A stretch of DNA of 64,000 nt from a virus (IMGVR_UViG_3300002036_000001:8506-72505); one strand, 5' to 3'; positions 18,782 to 28,170 are shown, numbered from the stretch's first letter. Notes: generated by a model from the sequence alone, not told the origin. Made by a program: numbers and translations.

Positions 18782-21700
18782 ATGATAGAATGTAATCAAA
18801 TAGCTATAATAGCAGCGCAGCTACAAGAAAGATTTGCTAAATGTAGGGTATTAAGAGCAGAAGATATGGATTTATTAGTAGATCTTATATTAGCTGTTCA
18901 GACTTGTACTGCATCCTCTATAGTACTAGATAATATCCCTTTAGTAACTAATTTTGGATCAGTTTTTCCAATAGGAGATAGTTTACCTATAAACGTTATA
19001 AATAAAGTAAATAGTTTACCTTTATTTACAGTAGAAGAGAATCAAATACTAGTTCTTACTGGTATATCTCATCCTATAGAGAGATCTTCAATATCTTTTG
19101 AAGTAACTTATATAGTTAATGGAAAAGGTAAAGGCACATATGGTACAGGAGGAGGTATACAATTAACAACAGCAGACCTTCAAATTATTGAAAATAAAAA
19201 AATAGATTTTGGTGGTACTACTCCTCCTATAGTAGATAATGATCCAAATTCTTTTGTTAAAGACTTAGGAGAAATAGATACTCAAAATGTAGTAGATGTT
19301 ATTAATAACTCTAATGAACCTTTTGTTATAACTACCCCTACTAATTGGTATTTTGAATATACTGCAAATGGTAGTAGAGTTCTTTATGGATTTAGAGGTA
19401 ACAATGGTACCTATGGAAGTGGTGCAAGTCAAATAACTATTGCTGATTTATTTTTAATATACGACGAAGATAATTTATCTACTGAATTTGAAGGATATAC
19501 AGAACAGGGTACTAGAGGGGGATCAGATCTTATTGTTAAAATAGGAGATTATGATGAAACTGGGGAAAGTAAAAGATTAGTAATAGATAATACAGGTTTA
19601 GATCTACCTATTACTTCTTTTTCAGATTTTAAAATAGATCAAGGTAATTTAATAATAAACCAAGGTGCAGGAGATGCAACAATTTCTCCTGATAATATTA
19701 CAGCAGATAGAACTTATCAACTTCCTGATAATTCAGGAACAATTGCTTTACTTAGTGATTTAGGAAGTACTACTGGAGGAGCATTTGAAAATACAGATGA
19801 AGGTTCTGGTAATGGTATATTTAAAGTAGGAAGAGATCCAAATAATTTTGGACCTATTGGAAGTAATGCTATGGATTTATCCACTTCAAGCGGAACAAGT
19901 ATAGTAAGAGGCGCAACAGGAACTAATTCATTTGCTATAGGAAGTAATGTAGAAGCAAGTGGACATGGCTCTACTGCTAGAGGATCAGGATCACTAGCTA
20001 CAGGAACTTATTCCATAGCTCATGGGTATAATACTACAGCAAGTAATTATTTATCTACTTCTATAGGATTAGGACATTCCGTATCTGGACCGTATTCTAC
20101 AGGATTTGGAGTAAATGCAGTTCATTCAGGAGCATATGGACTCTCAGCAGGAATAGGTTTAATTAATAAATCTACAGCTACTGCAATATTTGGTCAAGGA
20201 AATTTAGACTATACAAATACTTCTACTCAAATAAATATTGACGAAGCTCCTTTATTAGTTGTAGGAAATGGTTCAATAGCAGTAGGTTCTCCAAATACTG
20301 TTGCAACTAGAAGTGATGCATTTAATGTATTGTATTCTGGATTAGTATTAGCACCTTCTTTAGAAATAGCTGATATTGACGCAGAAACCACTGGAAAAGT
20401 ACTATTAACAAGAGAATGGTATGAATCTAAAGATTTAGATTTACAAACAGTAACAGATAACTCAACACAAGTAAATGGTGGAGCATTTACTACTAATAAT
20501 ATAACTATAGACAATGGAAGTAACAATGGTAGAATTACTTTTGGAACAACTAGTACAGGCTCTATAGGATGGGATGATAGTCCTGCTGGGGGATCTTTAG
20601 AGTTAGTTTCTAATAATAATGTTAGTATTATAGGAATGGCAGCGAGTAAATATGCTACATTAAATACTAATGGATTTGGGATAAATACTCAAAACTTAAC
20701 AGTACAAAATACTGCTTTTTTAAGAACTAATAATATAACTACCCAAAGGTTATTAGAATTACCTGATTCAGATGGTATATTAGTAAATACCGTTAATAGT
20801 ATAACTCCAAGTACTGCTGGAAATGTTGATTTATCTTTAGACAATACTTTAACAGTAAATAATGTAACAGCTCAACCTATTATAATGCAGTCTGCAACTG
20901 AGCAGGAATTAATCTTCCAAAGATTAGGAACTGTAGGAGATCAACTAAATCCAGTATTTTCTTTAGGTAGAATAATAAATGGAGGAATAAATGAAGCCAA
21001 ATTAAGATTTGTAGGTCGAGATGATTCTAAATATACTACTGAAAGAGCCTTTTTTGAGATGGAGACTGGCGGAACAGTAGCATCTTTAAGAGAAGTAGAA
21101 GGATCCCATTATGAAGGATTTATAGGAGCAGAACAAGAACCTATGTTTAGAATATCTTCTACTAATTTAGGAGGAGGTAATTTTTCTTCTAGAATAGAAT
21201 TGGGTTCAGGTGGAACTAATCCAACAGATGTATTTATAGAGAGACAAGGACCTAATCAATTAGGATTTGTATTAAGCGGAGGTACAAAGCAAATAATCTA
21301 TCCAGATTCTGTATTTAAGCCTTCAAATATTGTAGATGCATTTCAAAACTCTGTTACACCTTCAATTCCAGGAGCAGGAGTTATTAAAGTATATAATAAA
21401 GATGGACAATTAACCCAATTAGATGAAAATGGAGTAGAGAGTTCTTTAGTTCCAGGAGTTTTAGAAGTATTAACAAGTTCTAGAGCAACTATTGGAACAC
21501 ATGTACAAGGAATCGTTAATAATGAAGCAGAAGCAATATTTAAGATAGAATCTTTTGATTTTGGAGGAAACAATTCAAGCAGAATATTATTCGGAGAAGG
21601 AGGATCTGTTACTCCAGACGTTGCTTTAGAGAGACAAGGTACAAATACATTAGGTATTGTACTAGGAGGAGCTGTTAAAGTAAGATATTTTGCAGACACT

Positions 21701-22315
21701 ATTTTAAGACAACCAGATGTTGCTGATGCTTTTCAAGAAAATGCAGGAGTTGTAGCAACGCCTAATGCTGATGTTAAAAAGATTTTTAATAGAACAGGAG
21801 TTGGATTAGTAGAACTTGGAGGAGATGGTGTTGAAAAGCCTGTAGCAGATGATATATATAATACATTTGCAGATCTTCCTGTTGCAACTACTCTTACAGT
21901 AGGTAAAAAAGCAATAGTTACAAATGACCCAGTTGTAGATAATAATGGAGAATATATAGTAACAGGAGCTAATACAGGAAGTAATGGTACTACATGGATA
22001 AAAACAAGTGGTCAAAAAGTTACTACTGGTGTAAATTACACTTCTGTAGAAAATGGAGCATGGAGAGATTTAACTTTCGAAGTAGCATCCACAGCTGATA
22101 CAGATGAAGTTATTAATTTCCCTATTTCTTTTTCAACAGCACCTAATGCTTGGGATATTCAATTAAGCTCAAGACTTGATTCAGGTTTAGGAGATGCTGC
22201 ATTCGCTCTAATTTCTGGTACTGTAACAAGTTCCCAAATAACTGTAAATAGAGTAGATGCAGTAGATAATAATGATAACCCATTTATTATCGTTAGAGTT
22301 AGAGGTTTAATATAA
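18782..22315 (+). CDS. Tail fibre / receptor-binding protein (1177 aa)
   Basis: Gly/Thr/Asn-rich, YadA-head-like 14-residue repeats, internal tandem duplication, C-terminal small beta domain. Confidence 0.75.
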   Translation: MIECNQIAIIAAQLQERFAKCRVLRAEDMDLLVDLILAVQTCTASSIVLDNIPLVTNFGSVFPIGDSLPINVINKVNSLPLFTVEENQILVLTGISHPIERSSISFEVTYIVNGKGKGTYGTGGGIQLTTADLQIIENKKIDFGGTTPPIVDNDPNSFVKDLGEIDTQNVVDVINNSNEPFVITTPTNWYFEYTANGSRVLYGFRGNNGTYGSGASQITIADLFLIYDEDNLSTEFEGYTEQGTRGGSDLIVKIGDYDETGESKRLVIDNTGLDLPITSFSDFKIDQGNLIINQGAGDATISPDNITADRTYQLPDNSGTIALLSDLGSTTGGAFENTDEGSGNGIFKVGRDPNNFGPIGSNAMDLSTSSGTSIVRGATGTNSFAIGSNVEASGHGSTARGSGSLATGTYSIAHGYNTTASNYLSTSIGLGHSVSGPYSTGFGVNAVHSGAYGLSAGIGLINKSTATAIFGQGNLDYTNTSTQINIDEAPLLVVGNGSIAVGSPNTVATRSDAFNVLYSGLVLAPSLEIADIDAETTGKVLLTREWYESKDLDLQTVTDNSTQVNGGAFTTNNITIDNGSNNGRITFGTTSTGSIGWDDSPAGGSLELVSNNNVSIIGMAASKYATLNTNGFGINTQNLTVQNTAFLRTNNITTQRLLELPDSDGILVNTVNSITPSTAGNVDLSLDNTLTVNNVTAQPIIMQSATEQELIFQRLGTVGDQLNPVFSLGRIINGGINEAKLRFVGRDDSKYTTERAFFEMETGGTVASLREVEGSHYEGFIGAEQEPMFRISSTNLGGGNFSSRIELGSGGTNPTDVFIERQGPNQLGFVLSGGTKQIIYPDSVFKPSNIVDAFQNSVTPSIPGAGVIKVYNKDGQLTQLDENGVESSLVPGVLEVLTSSRATIGTHVQGIVNNEAEAIFKIESFDFGGNNSSRILFGEGGSVTPDVALERQGTNTLGIVLGGAVKVRYFADTILRQPDVADAFQENAGVVATPNADVKKIFNRTGVGLVELGGDGVEKPVADDIYNTFADLPVATTLTVGKKAIVTNDPVVDNNGEYIVTGANTGSNGTTWIKTSGQKVTTGVNYTSVENGAWRDLTFEVASTADTDEVINFPISFSTAPNAWDIQLSSRLDSGLGDAAFALISGTVTSSQITVNRVDAVDNNDNPFIIVRVRGLI
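19915..20160 (+). repeat. YadA/Hep-Hag-like 14-aa beta-roll repeats
   Basis: ATGTNSFAIGSNVE / ASGHGSTARGSGSL / ATGTYSIAHGYNTT / ASNYLSTSIGLGHS / VSGPYSTGFGVNAV. Confidence 0.75.
21098..21843 (+). repeat. Tandem intragenic duplication of about 120-130 aa
   Basis: GSHYEG..F.I.S...GG..SSRI..G.GG...DV..ERQG.N.LG.VL.G...DAFQ... occurs at about 21098-21449 and 21490-21843. Confidence 0.85.
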
Positions 22316-22323
22316 TAATAATT

Positions 22324-22692
22324 ATGGCACAATTCACAATAACAATTAATCAACAAACAAATCTACCACCATCTCAAGTAGGGGATGGTGCTAGAACTAC
22401 TGAGTATGGAACATCAGTAACTTTTACAAGACAAGATTTTACTACTAATACTGTACCTCCCTATCAAGATCCAGAAGGAGATGCAGCATTAAATCTTAAA
22501 ATTATAACTTTACCAGTAGAAGGAGATTTACTTTTAAATTCTTCTCCTATTATAGTAAATCAAATAATATCTTTTGCAGATATTGATAGTGGATTATTTA
22601 CTTATTCTCCTAATAATGGAAATACTAGTTTATATAATGATCCTTTTCAATTTGAAATATCAGATGCTGGATCTAACACCTTTGTAGGATAA
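22324..22692 (+). CDS. Stand-alone cadherin-like module (122 aa)
   Basis: Close paralog of the last module of 16143-18404: NLPP.QVGDG...DP E.D...LKII.LP..G.L.LNS...DIDSGLF...SD.GSN.FVG*. Confidence 0.75.
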   Translation: MAQFTITINQQTNLPPSQVGDGARTTEYGTSVTFTRQDFTTNTVPPYQDPEGDAALNLKIITLPVEGDLLLNSSPIIVNQIISFADIDSGLFTYSPNNGNTSLYNDPFQFEISDAGSNTFVG

Positions 22693-22703
22693 AAAATTTT
22701 TAA

Positions 22704-23384
22704 ATGGCTCAATTTAATATACAAGTAAATGCAATAAACTTTTTTGTAGAACAAACTAGTTTAATAGATTCTGAATGTTCTACTATAGTAGAATATACTG
22801 TAACAGCTAATACTAATGATGCTATTACTATAACATTAACAGGTAGTTATAGTAATGAGTCATATACTTCAAACGGAGTTACTAATTTTTTTAATGATAC
22901 TGTAATGGTTGTATTTAACAACTCATTAACTATATCCTTTGCAGTAGAAAATGGAGGAAGTGCAGGAATATTTAAACAAGGATTTTTAGAAGTTAATAAT
23001 ACAACTATTCCGTCTGTTTATACAGATAACGTATTAAGACAAAATGATTCACCTGTTTGTGTAAATGTAAATGCAGCTACATATGACGATCTAAATGATA
23101 CTCCTAATACTAAAATAGGATCAGAGGGTAAATTTATTAGAGTAAATGACGCTGGAACAGCTCATGAATATGTAGAAGTAAAAGGAGTAGATAAACATTT
23201 TGAATTTGACCAGCCTACCGCTCAAAGTAGCTGGGCAATTACACATAACTTACAGAAATTTCCATCAGTTACTGTTTTAAATACTAGTGGGGATGAAGTT
23301 GTAGGTTGTGTAAACCATATAGACGACAATACCATATTAATAATTTTTAGCGCACCCTTCGCAGGGAAAGCTTATTTAAACTAG
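22704..23384 (+). CDS. Fibre-associated protein (Ig-like N-half, THNL-type C-terminal domain)
   Basis: N-half resembles 18404-18766; C-terminal WAITHNLQKFPSVTV...FSAPFAGKAYLN is a common phage fibre domain. Confidence 0.65.
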   Translation: MAQFNIQVNAINFFVEQTSLIDSECSTIVEYTVTANTNDAITITLTGSYSNESYTSNGVTNFFNDTVMVVFNNSLTISFAVENGGSAGIFKQGFLEVNNTTIPSVYTDNVLRQNDSPVCVNVNAATYDDLNDTPNTKIGSEGKFIRVNDAGTAHEYVEVKGVDKHFEFDQPTAQSSWAITHNLQKFPSVTVLNTSGDEVVGCVNHIDDNTILIIFSAPFAGKAYLN

Positions 23385-23388
23385 AAAA

Positions 23389-24366
23389 ATGACAAAACAA
23401 TTTTTAGTAAACATAGATTTAGTTAAGAATCAGTTACTACAAGCAGTAATAGAAGTTTTAGCAGCAGCACCTACATCCCCTGTAGAAGGTCAGATGTATT
23501 ATAACTCTACAGATCAGACTGCTTATATTAGATCAAATAGTAGTTGGATAGATTTAGGAAATAGTGGAATTACTAATTTAACATATACACCTTCTCCTAC
23601 TAATGGAGTAGTTGTAAGTGATACTGGAACAGATGCAACTATTCCTCTTGCTGACACAACTAATGCAGGATTAATGTCTAATACGCAATTTGATAAACTT
23701 GAATTTATAACTGTTACAGGTAATATAGATTTAGATTTTATTTTAAATTCTGTATTAACAAATACTCAAGACATATCAGATATAGAGAATGCTATAGTAG
23801 GAGGGTTAACTTATGTAGGGTCTTATGATGCTGCTACAAACTCACCTGATTTAGATACAGCTCCATCTGGAGTAACAACAGGAGATACTTATACAGTAAG
23901 TGTTTCTGGCACATTTTATACAGAAGATGTACAACCTGGAGATATGATAATTGCAAATGTAGATAATCCTTCATCTGTAACGGATTGGTCTATTATAAAT
24001 AAAAATATTCCAGATATAGTAGACTCTTCTGAAACTGAAAAAGGAATTATACAAATAGCTACACAAGTAGAAGCAGATGCAGGAACTGATGATACTAAAG
24101 CTATTACATCATTAAAATTAGAAACTAGGTTATCTGCTTTGCCTTTATTAACTAAGGTAACTCAAACAATAGGAGATGGTACTGCTACTGCTATACCAGT
24201 AACTCACAATCTAGGAAATGCTTTTGTAACTGCTCAAATATATGAAACTTTTGCTCCTTTTGCACAAGTAGAAGCATGTATAGAGTTAACAGATCAGAAT
24301 ACTACTACTTTTAGTTTTAATACTGCCCCTACTACTAATCAATATACAGTTGTAATAATAGGATAA
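23389..24366 (+). CDS. Fibre-associated structural protein
   Basis: APTSPVEGQMYYNST motif, TETEKGIIQIAT-type fibre repeat (SETEKGIIQIATQVE), C-terminal VTHNLG domain. Confidence 0.7.
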   Translation: MTKQFLVNIDLVKNQLLQAVIEVLAAAPTSPVEGQMYYNSTDQTAYIRSNSSWIDLGNSGITNLTYTPSPTNGVVVSDTGTDATIPLADTTNAGLMSNTQFDKLEFITVTGNIDLDFILNSVLTNTQDISDIENAIVGGLTYVGSYDAATNSPDLDTAPSGVTTGDTYTVSVSGTFYTEDVQPGDMIIANVDNPSSVTDWSIINKNIPDIVDSSETEKGIIQIATQVEADAGTDDTKAITSLKLETRLSALPLLTKVTQTIGDGTATAIPVTHNLGNAFVTAQIYETFAPFAQVEACIELTDQNTTTFSFNTAPTTNQYTVVIIG

Positions 24367-24367
24367 G

Positions 24368-25162
24368 ATGGCAAATAAAAAAATAGAAACAAACGTAAAT
24401 GTAAACGGAAATATTGAAGCAGATGCTTTTATTAAAAGTGGAGGAAGTTCTTCTGAGTTTTTAAAAGCAGATGGAACCATAGATAATAATTCTTATGCTC
24501 TAGACTCTGTTAACATAAATGCTAATAACAGTTTAAATGGAGGAGGACCTCTTACAGGAGATGTTAATATAGAGTTAGATGGAGATGAAGATACTCCTGA
24601 TATAAATTCTTATTATGGAACAAATATTTTAGGAGTAAAGGGCTTTCATAAAGTTCCTACTCAGTTAATACATAATCAAGGTAGATTTACTTGTTTTACA
24701 GATAATAGATGGACTACAGATTCTGATGATAATTATGGATTAAATCAATTTCAATTTAATGAAAATTGTGGAACAGGTATAGAACCTATAATAGAATGGG
24801 AACATATGGGAATTCTTTTACCAGAAAATAGAATTATAAAAAATCTTAAATTTGCAGGTAAATCAAATAATAACCAAGTAAGTGATCTAGAAATTAGAGT
24901 AGTATATAAATATCCAAATCCTATTACAAATTGGAAAACAGGAATGGATAATGATAATGAACAAACTATAGATACCTTATTTTCAGGGAATTATTTAGAC
25001 GCAACTATGACAGGAAATATGAATGATTTTATGTTAAAAGAAATTGATTTAGGAGATTTTGAAACTCCTGAAATAGGGATGTTATGTATATATTTAAGAC
25101 CAGTAGGAACTATAACTGCTACAAGATACTATAGAGCTACCTATACTTATGAAATAGAATAA
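24368..25162 (+). CDS. Short fibre / receptor-binding protein
   Basis: N-terminal AFIKSGGSSSEFLKADG fibre motif followed by a beta-rich globular domain. Confidence 0.6.
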   Translation: MANKKIETNVNVNGNIEADAFIKSGGSSSEFLKADGTIDNNSYALDSVNINANNSLNGGGPLTGDVNIELDGDEDTPDINSYYGTNILGVKGFHKVPTQLIHNQGRFTCFTDNRWTTDSDDNYGLNQFQFNENCGTGIEPIIEWEHMGILLPENRIIKNLKFAGKSNNNQVSDLEIRVVYKYPNPITNWKTGMDNDNEQTIDTLFSGNYLDATMTGNMNDFMLKEIDLGDFETPEIGMLCIYLRPVGTITATRYYRATYTYEIE

Positions 25163-25188
25163 TAAAGATAAAAATTATAAAAAATGAC

Positions 25189-25590
25189 ATGGAAACATTT
25201 AACTCAAATATTACTTTAGAAATTCTATATAACAATATCGAAAAAATTCCTGTAGATAAAGTAATTCAAATAAATAATAAAATATACGGAGCAATCCAAT
25301 CTACTAAAATATCTCATAACAGAAAAGGTATGAGTTTTAGAGTAGAAGTTAAAAAGGGAGAAAAATGGAAAATAAATCATCAAGATTGTGACCAAGTAAT
25401 ATTAATATATAAAGGTAAATTAAAAGAATTAACAACTAATACTATTGCTACTAGAAACACTTTTATAGAGTTTGCAGCAGGAGTGAAACATGAATTAATA
25501 GCACAAGAAGATTCTATATTTTATGTAGAATTTAAAAACCCCAAAAAATTAATTAATAATGATAGAATGGCTAACACAAAATTTATTTGA
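25189..25590 (+). CDS. Cupin-fold protein
   Basis: HQDCDQVILIYKGKL ... FAAGVKHELIAQEDSIFYVEF matches cupin motifs 1 and 2. Confidence 0.6.
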   Translation: METFNSNITLEILYNNIEKIPVDKVIQINNKIYGAIQSTKISHNRKGMSFRVEVKKGEKWKINHQDCDQVILIYKGKLKELTTNTIATRNTFIEFAAGVKHELIAQEDSIFYVEFKNPKKLINNDRMANTKFI

Positions 25591-25930
25591 AATAATAGGT
25601 ATGACACTTATTCCCCTAATAACGTGGTTTGTAACTAAGAGACACTTTCAAAAAAGAGATCTAAAAGATAGAGATGTAAATATAGAATTAAATCAATTAG
25701 AAATACTTTCTAAAAATCTAGATTTATATCAAAGAATGTTAGATGATGTAGAAACTAAATATGAAGAAAGAGCTTTTAAATCAGATGCTGAAAAAGAGGA
25801 ATTAGAAAAAACAATTGAAGAACTTAAAATTAAAATAGAAGCATTAGAAAAAAAGATTTTAAAACTTATTCTAGAAATAAAAGATCTTAAAATAAGATTA
25901 ACAAAGTATGAAAAAAATAGTAATTCTTGA
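25559..25930 (+). CDS. Holin-like membrane protein with coiled-coil tail
   Basis: One N-terminal hydrophobic segment (LFEIIGMTLIPLITWFVT), heptad C-terminus, immediately upstream of the amidase. Confidence 0.55.
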   Translation: MIEWLTQNLFEIIGMTLIPLITWFVTKRHFQKRDLKDRDVNIELNQLEILSKNLDLYQRMLDDVETKYEERAFKSDAEKEELEKTIEELKIKIEALEKKILKLILEIKDLKIRLTKYEKNSNS

Positions 25931-26504
25931 TTCAGGACATGGAGGTGTAATAGGAGGTATTTATCAGACAAGTGGTAAAAGATCTCCTAAATGGTCTAAA
26001 GGTATATTATATGAAGGAATGTTTAATAAGTGGGTTGTTAATAGACTTATTGAAAAGCTAGATAGAGATAATATACCTTATTATTATATTTCTCCAGAAT
26101 ATACAGATGTATCTCTTCAAACTAGAGTAAAAAGAGCAGATTCCTTCTATATTAAAAATAAAAACAGTTATGTACTATCCATACATGCAAATGCAGGTAG
26201 AGGTAGAGGTATTGAAGGGTTTACAACTGTTGGAAAGACTAAGGCAGATCCTATAGCAGATTTATTTTTAAGTAATCTTGAAAAAGATTTATATAATCAA
26301 AAAATGAGATTTGATTATACGGATGGAGATAAAGATAAAGAAACTAATTATTACATACTAAGAAAAGCAAAAGCCCCTGCTTTCTTATTAGAATGTGGAT
26401 TTATGGATCAAATAAATGATTATAATAACCTATGGGATGAAAAGTATATAGAAGTACTTGTGTCATCTTTATATAATACAATTAAATATCTATATGAAAA
26501 CTAA
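25908..26504 (+). CDS. Endolysin, N-acetylmuramoyl-L-alanine amidase (Amidase_3)
   Basis: ILDSGHGG, LYEGMFN, LQTRVKRA, LSIHANAG, AFLLECGFM: Zn ligands H/E/H and catalytic E. Confidence 0.93.
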   Translation: MKKIVILDSGHGGVIGGIYQTSGKRSPKWSKGILYEGMFNKWVVNRLIEKLDRDNIPYYYISPEYTDVSLQTRVKRADSFYIKNKNSYVLSIHANAGRGRGIEGFTTVGKTKADPIADLFLSNLEKDLYNQKMRFDYTDGDKDKETNYYILRKAKAPAFLLECGFMDQINDYNNLWDEKYIEVLVSSLYNTIKYLYEN

Positions 26505-27096
26505 AAGAATAATTTCAATAGTAGTAATAGGATTAATAACTTTATTTACTATGAAAAAATGCAATAATAAGCAAGAAATAGAAGTTCCAGTAGTTTTAGA
26601 GATACCTATTCCCTCTAAAGAAAATTCATTTGAAGTTACTAAAATAGAGGAGGTTCCTTATCCTGTAAAAAATCCTATTAATAAAGAGTTATTAAAAAAG
26701 TATAAACAAGCTAAAGATAGTTTAGAAAAATATAAATTATATAAAGAAGCCGTAACAAAAAGAAAGTATAAGGAAATTTTTGAAGACTCTGTACAGAAAA
26801 TAACTGTAACAGCTAAAACCACAGGAACTTTAGATAATTTAAAAATACAATATAAAACAAAAGAAAGGATTATAAAAGTAGATACTGTTATACCTGTAAA
26901 GATAAAAGTAAAAAAGAGAGCTATTATTACATATATAGAAGGAGGAGCTTCTACAGATCTAAGAGAAGGTATCAATAACACTCCTGTTGTTAAATTAGGA
27001 ATTGATTACCGATCTAAAAAAAATAATGTATTTGGTGTAAGTTATGATAGCCAAAAAAGAGTTTGGATAAAAGTGGGAAAAGTGTGGAAATTCTAA
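26494..27096 (+). CDS. Spanin-like lysis protein (N-terminal membrane anchor, C-terminal beta-strands)
   Basis: Likely start ATG 26494; KRIISIVVIGLITLFTMKKC; C-terminus ...KVGKVWKF; follows the endolysin. Confidence 0.55.
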   Translation: MKTKRIISIVVIGLITLFTMKKCNNKQEIEVPVVLEIPIPSKENSFEVTKIEEVPYPVKNPINKELLKKYKQAKDSLEKYKLYKEAVTKRKYKEIFEDSVQKITVTAKTTGTLDNLKIQYKTKERIIKVDTVIPVKIKVKKRAIITYIEGGASTDLREGINNTPVVKLGIDYRSKKNNVFGVSYDSQKRVWIKVGKVWKF

Positions 27097-27132
27097 AATA
27101 ATCTGAAATATTATAAAATAAATGTATAATTG

Positions 27133-27164
27133 TTTGGAAATATCATTTATTTTTATTACCTTTG
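27133..27164 (+). promoter_or_regulatory. Bacteroidota sigma70-type promoter
   Basis: TTTG 27133-27136, 20-nt spacer, TACCTTTG 27157-27164. Confidence 0.75.
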
Positions 27165-27220
27165 TAATTGTTACAAACAAAGAAAGTAACAAAGAAATAT
27201 ATAGTATTAAATAATAATAT

Positions 27221-28156
27221 ATGAATAAGGAAGAAATAATAGAATTTTTAAGAAATAAAAAAGGGTATTTAAAAGAAGGTGGTAAAAGACTAAGAAACCA
27301 CTTACGTAGAAAGGGATTCATTACTACTATAAAAGATTGTAAATTAGCTTTAAGAGAAGCTAGAAAACTACAAAATGAAACTAATGTAAGAATTCAAAAT
27401 AATACTGCTAAAGTTTTAATTTATGATATTGAAACTTCATATAATATAGGAAAGTTTTGGAGAGCAGGATATAATTTAAATATTAATCCTCAAGATATTA
27501 TACATGAAAGAGCAATTATCTGCGTAAGTTATAAATGGTTAAATGAAGATACTATATATACAATTACATGGGATAATAAGCAAAATGATAAATTCTTATT
27601 AGAACAGTTTATTGAAGTATTAAATGAAGCTGATCTAATTGTAGCTCATAATGGAGATAGATATGATCTTAAATTCATTAAGACTAGAGCCTTAAAACAT
27701 GATTTACCGATGTTAATAAACTATCCTCAATTTGATACTTTAAAAGTAGCAAAAAAGAAATTTATGTTTAATTCTAACAAACTTGATTACATAGCTGAGT
27801 TTTTAGGATTTGGTAATAAAATTAAAACTTCAATGGAGTTATGGGATGATATTATTCTTAGAAAGTGTAAAAAAGCAATGAAGAGTATGATTAAATACTG
27901 TGAAATGGATGTAGAGCTTTTAGAAAAAGTTTATAATAAATTAGTTTCATGGGAAAATCCTAAATATCATCAAGGAGTAATGCAAGGTAAAAATAAAACT
28001 ACATCTCCGATAAGTGGTGGCAATAAGTTAAAGCATGTTAAAATGGTTACGACTAATAGAGGAACTATTAAACATATAATGAAGGATTTAGACACAGATA
28101 GATTATTTGAAATGTCTGATACTAATTATAAAAAATTTGTAGAGATACATAAATAA
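27221..28156 (+). CDS. DEDDy 3'-5' exonuclease (RNase H-like/DnaQ superfamily)
   Basis: ExoI YDIETS, ExoII AHNGDRYD, DTLK, LDYIAEFLG, ExoIII YCEMDV. Confidence 0.88.
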   Translation: MNKEEIIEFLRNKKGYLKEGGKRLRNHLRRKGFITTIKDCKLALREARKLQNETNVRIQNNTAKVLIYDIETSYNIGKFWRAGYNLNINPQDIIHERAIICVSYKWLNEDTIYTITWDNKQNDKFLLEQFIEVLNEADLIVAHNGDRYDLKFIKTRALKHDLPMLINYPQFDTLKVAKKKFMFNSNKLDYIAEFLGFGNKIKTSMELWDDIILRKCKKAMKSMIKYCEMDVELLEKVYNKLVSWENPKYHQGVMQGKNKTTSPISGGNKLKHVKMVTTNRGTIKHIMKDLDTDRLFEMSDTNYKKFVEIHK

Positions 28157-28170
28157 AATAAATAAACTAC

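Noticed and set aside
18782-25162. Diversity-generating retroelement or invertible fibre cassette
   Set aside because: No reverse transcriptase or recombinase in the window, no near-identical template/variable repeat pair differing at adenines, no flanking inverted repeats seen.
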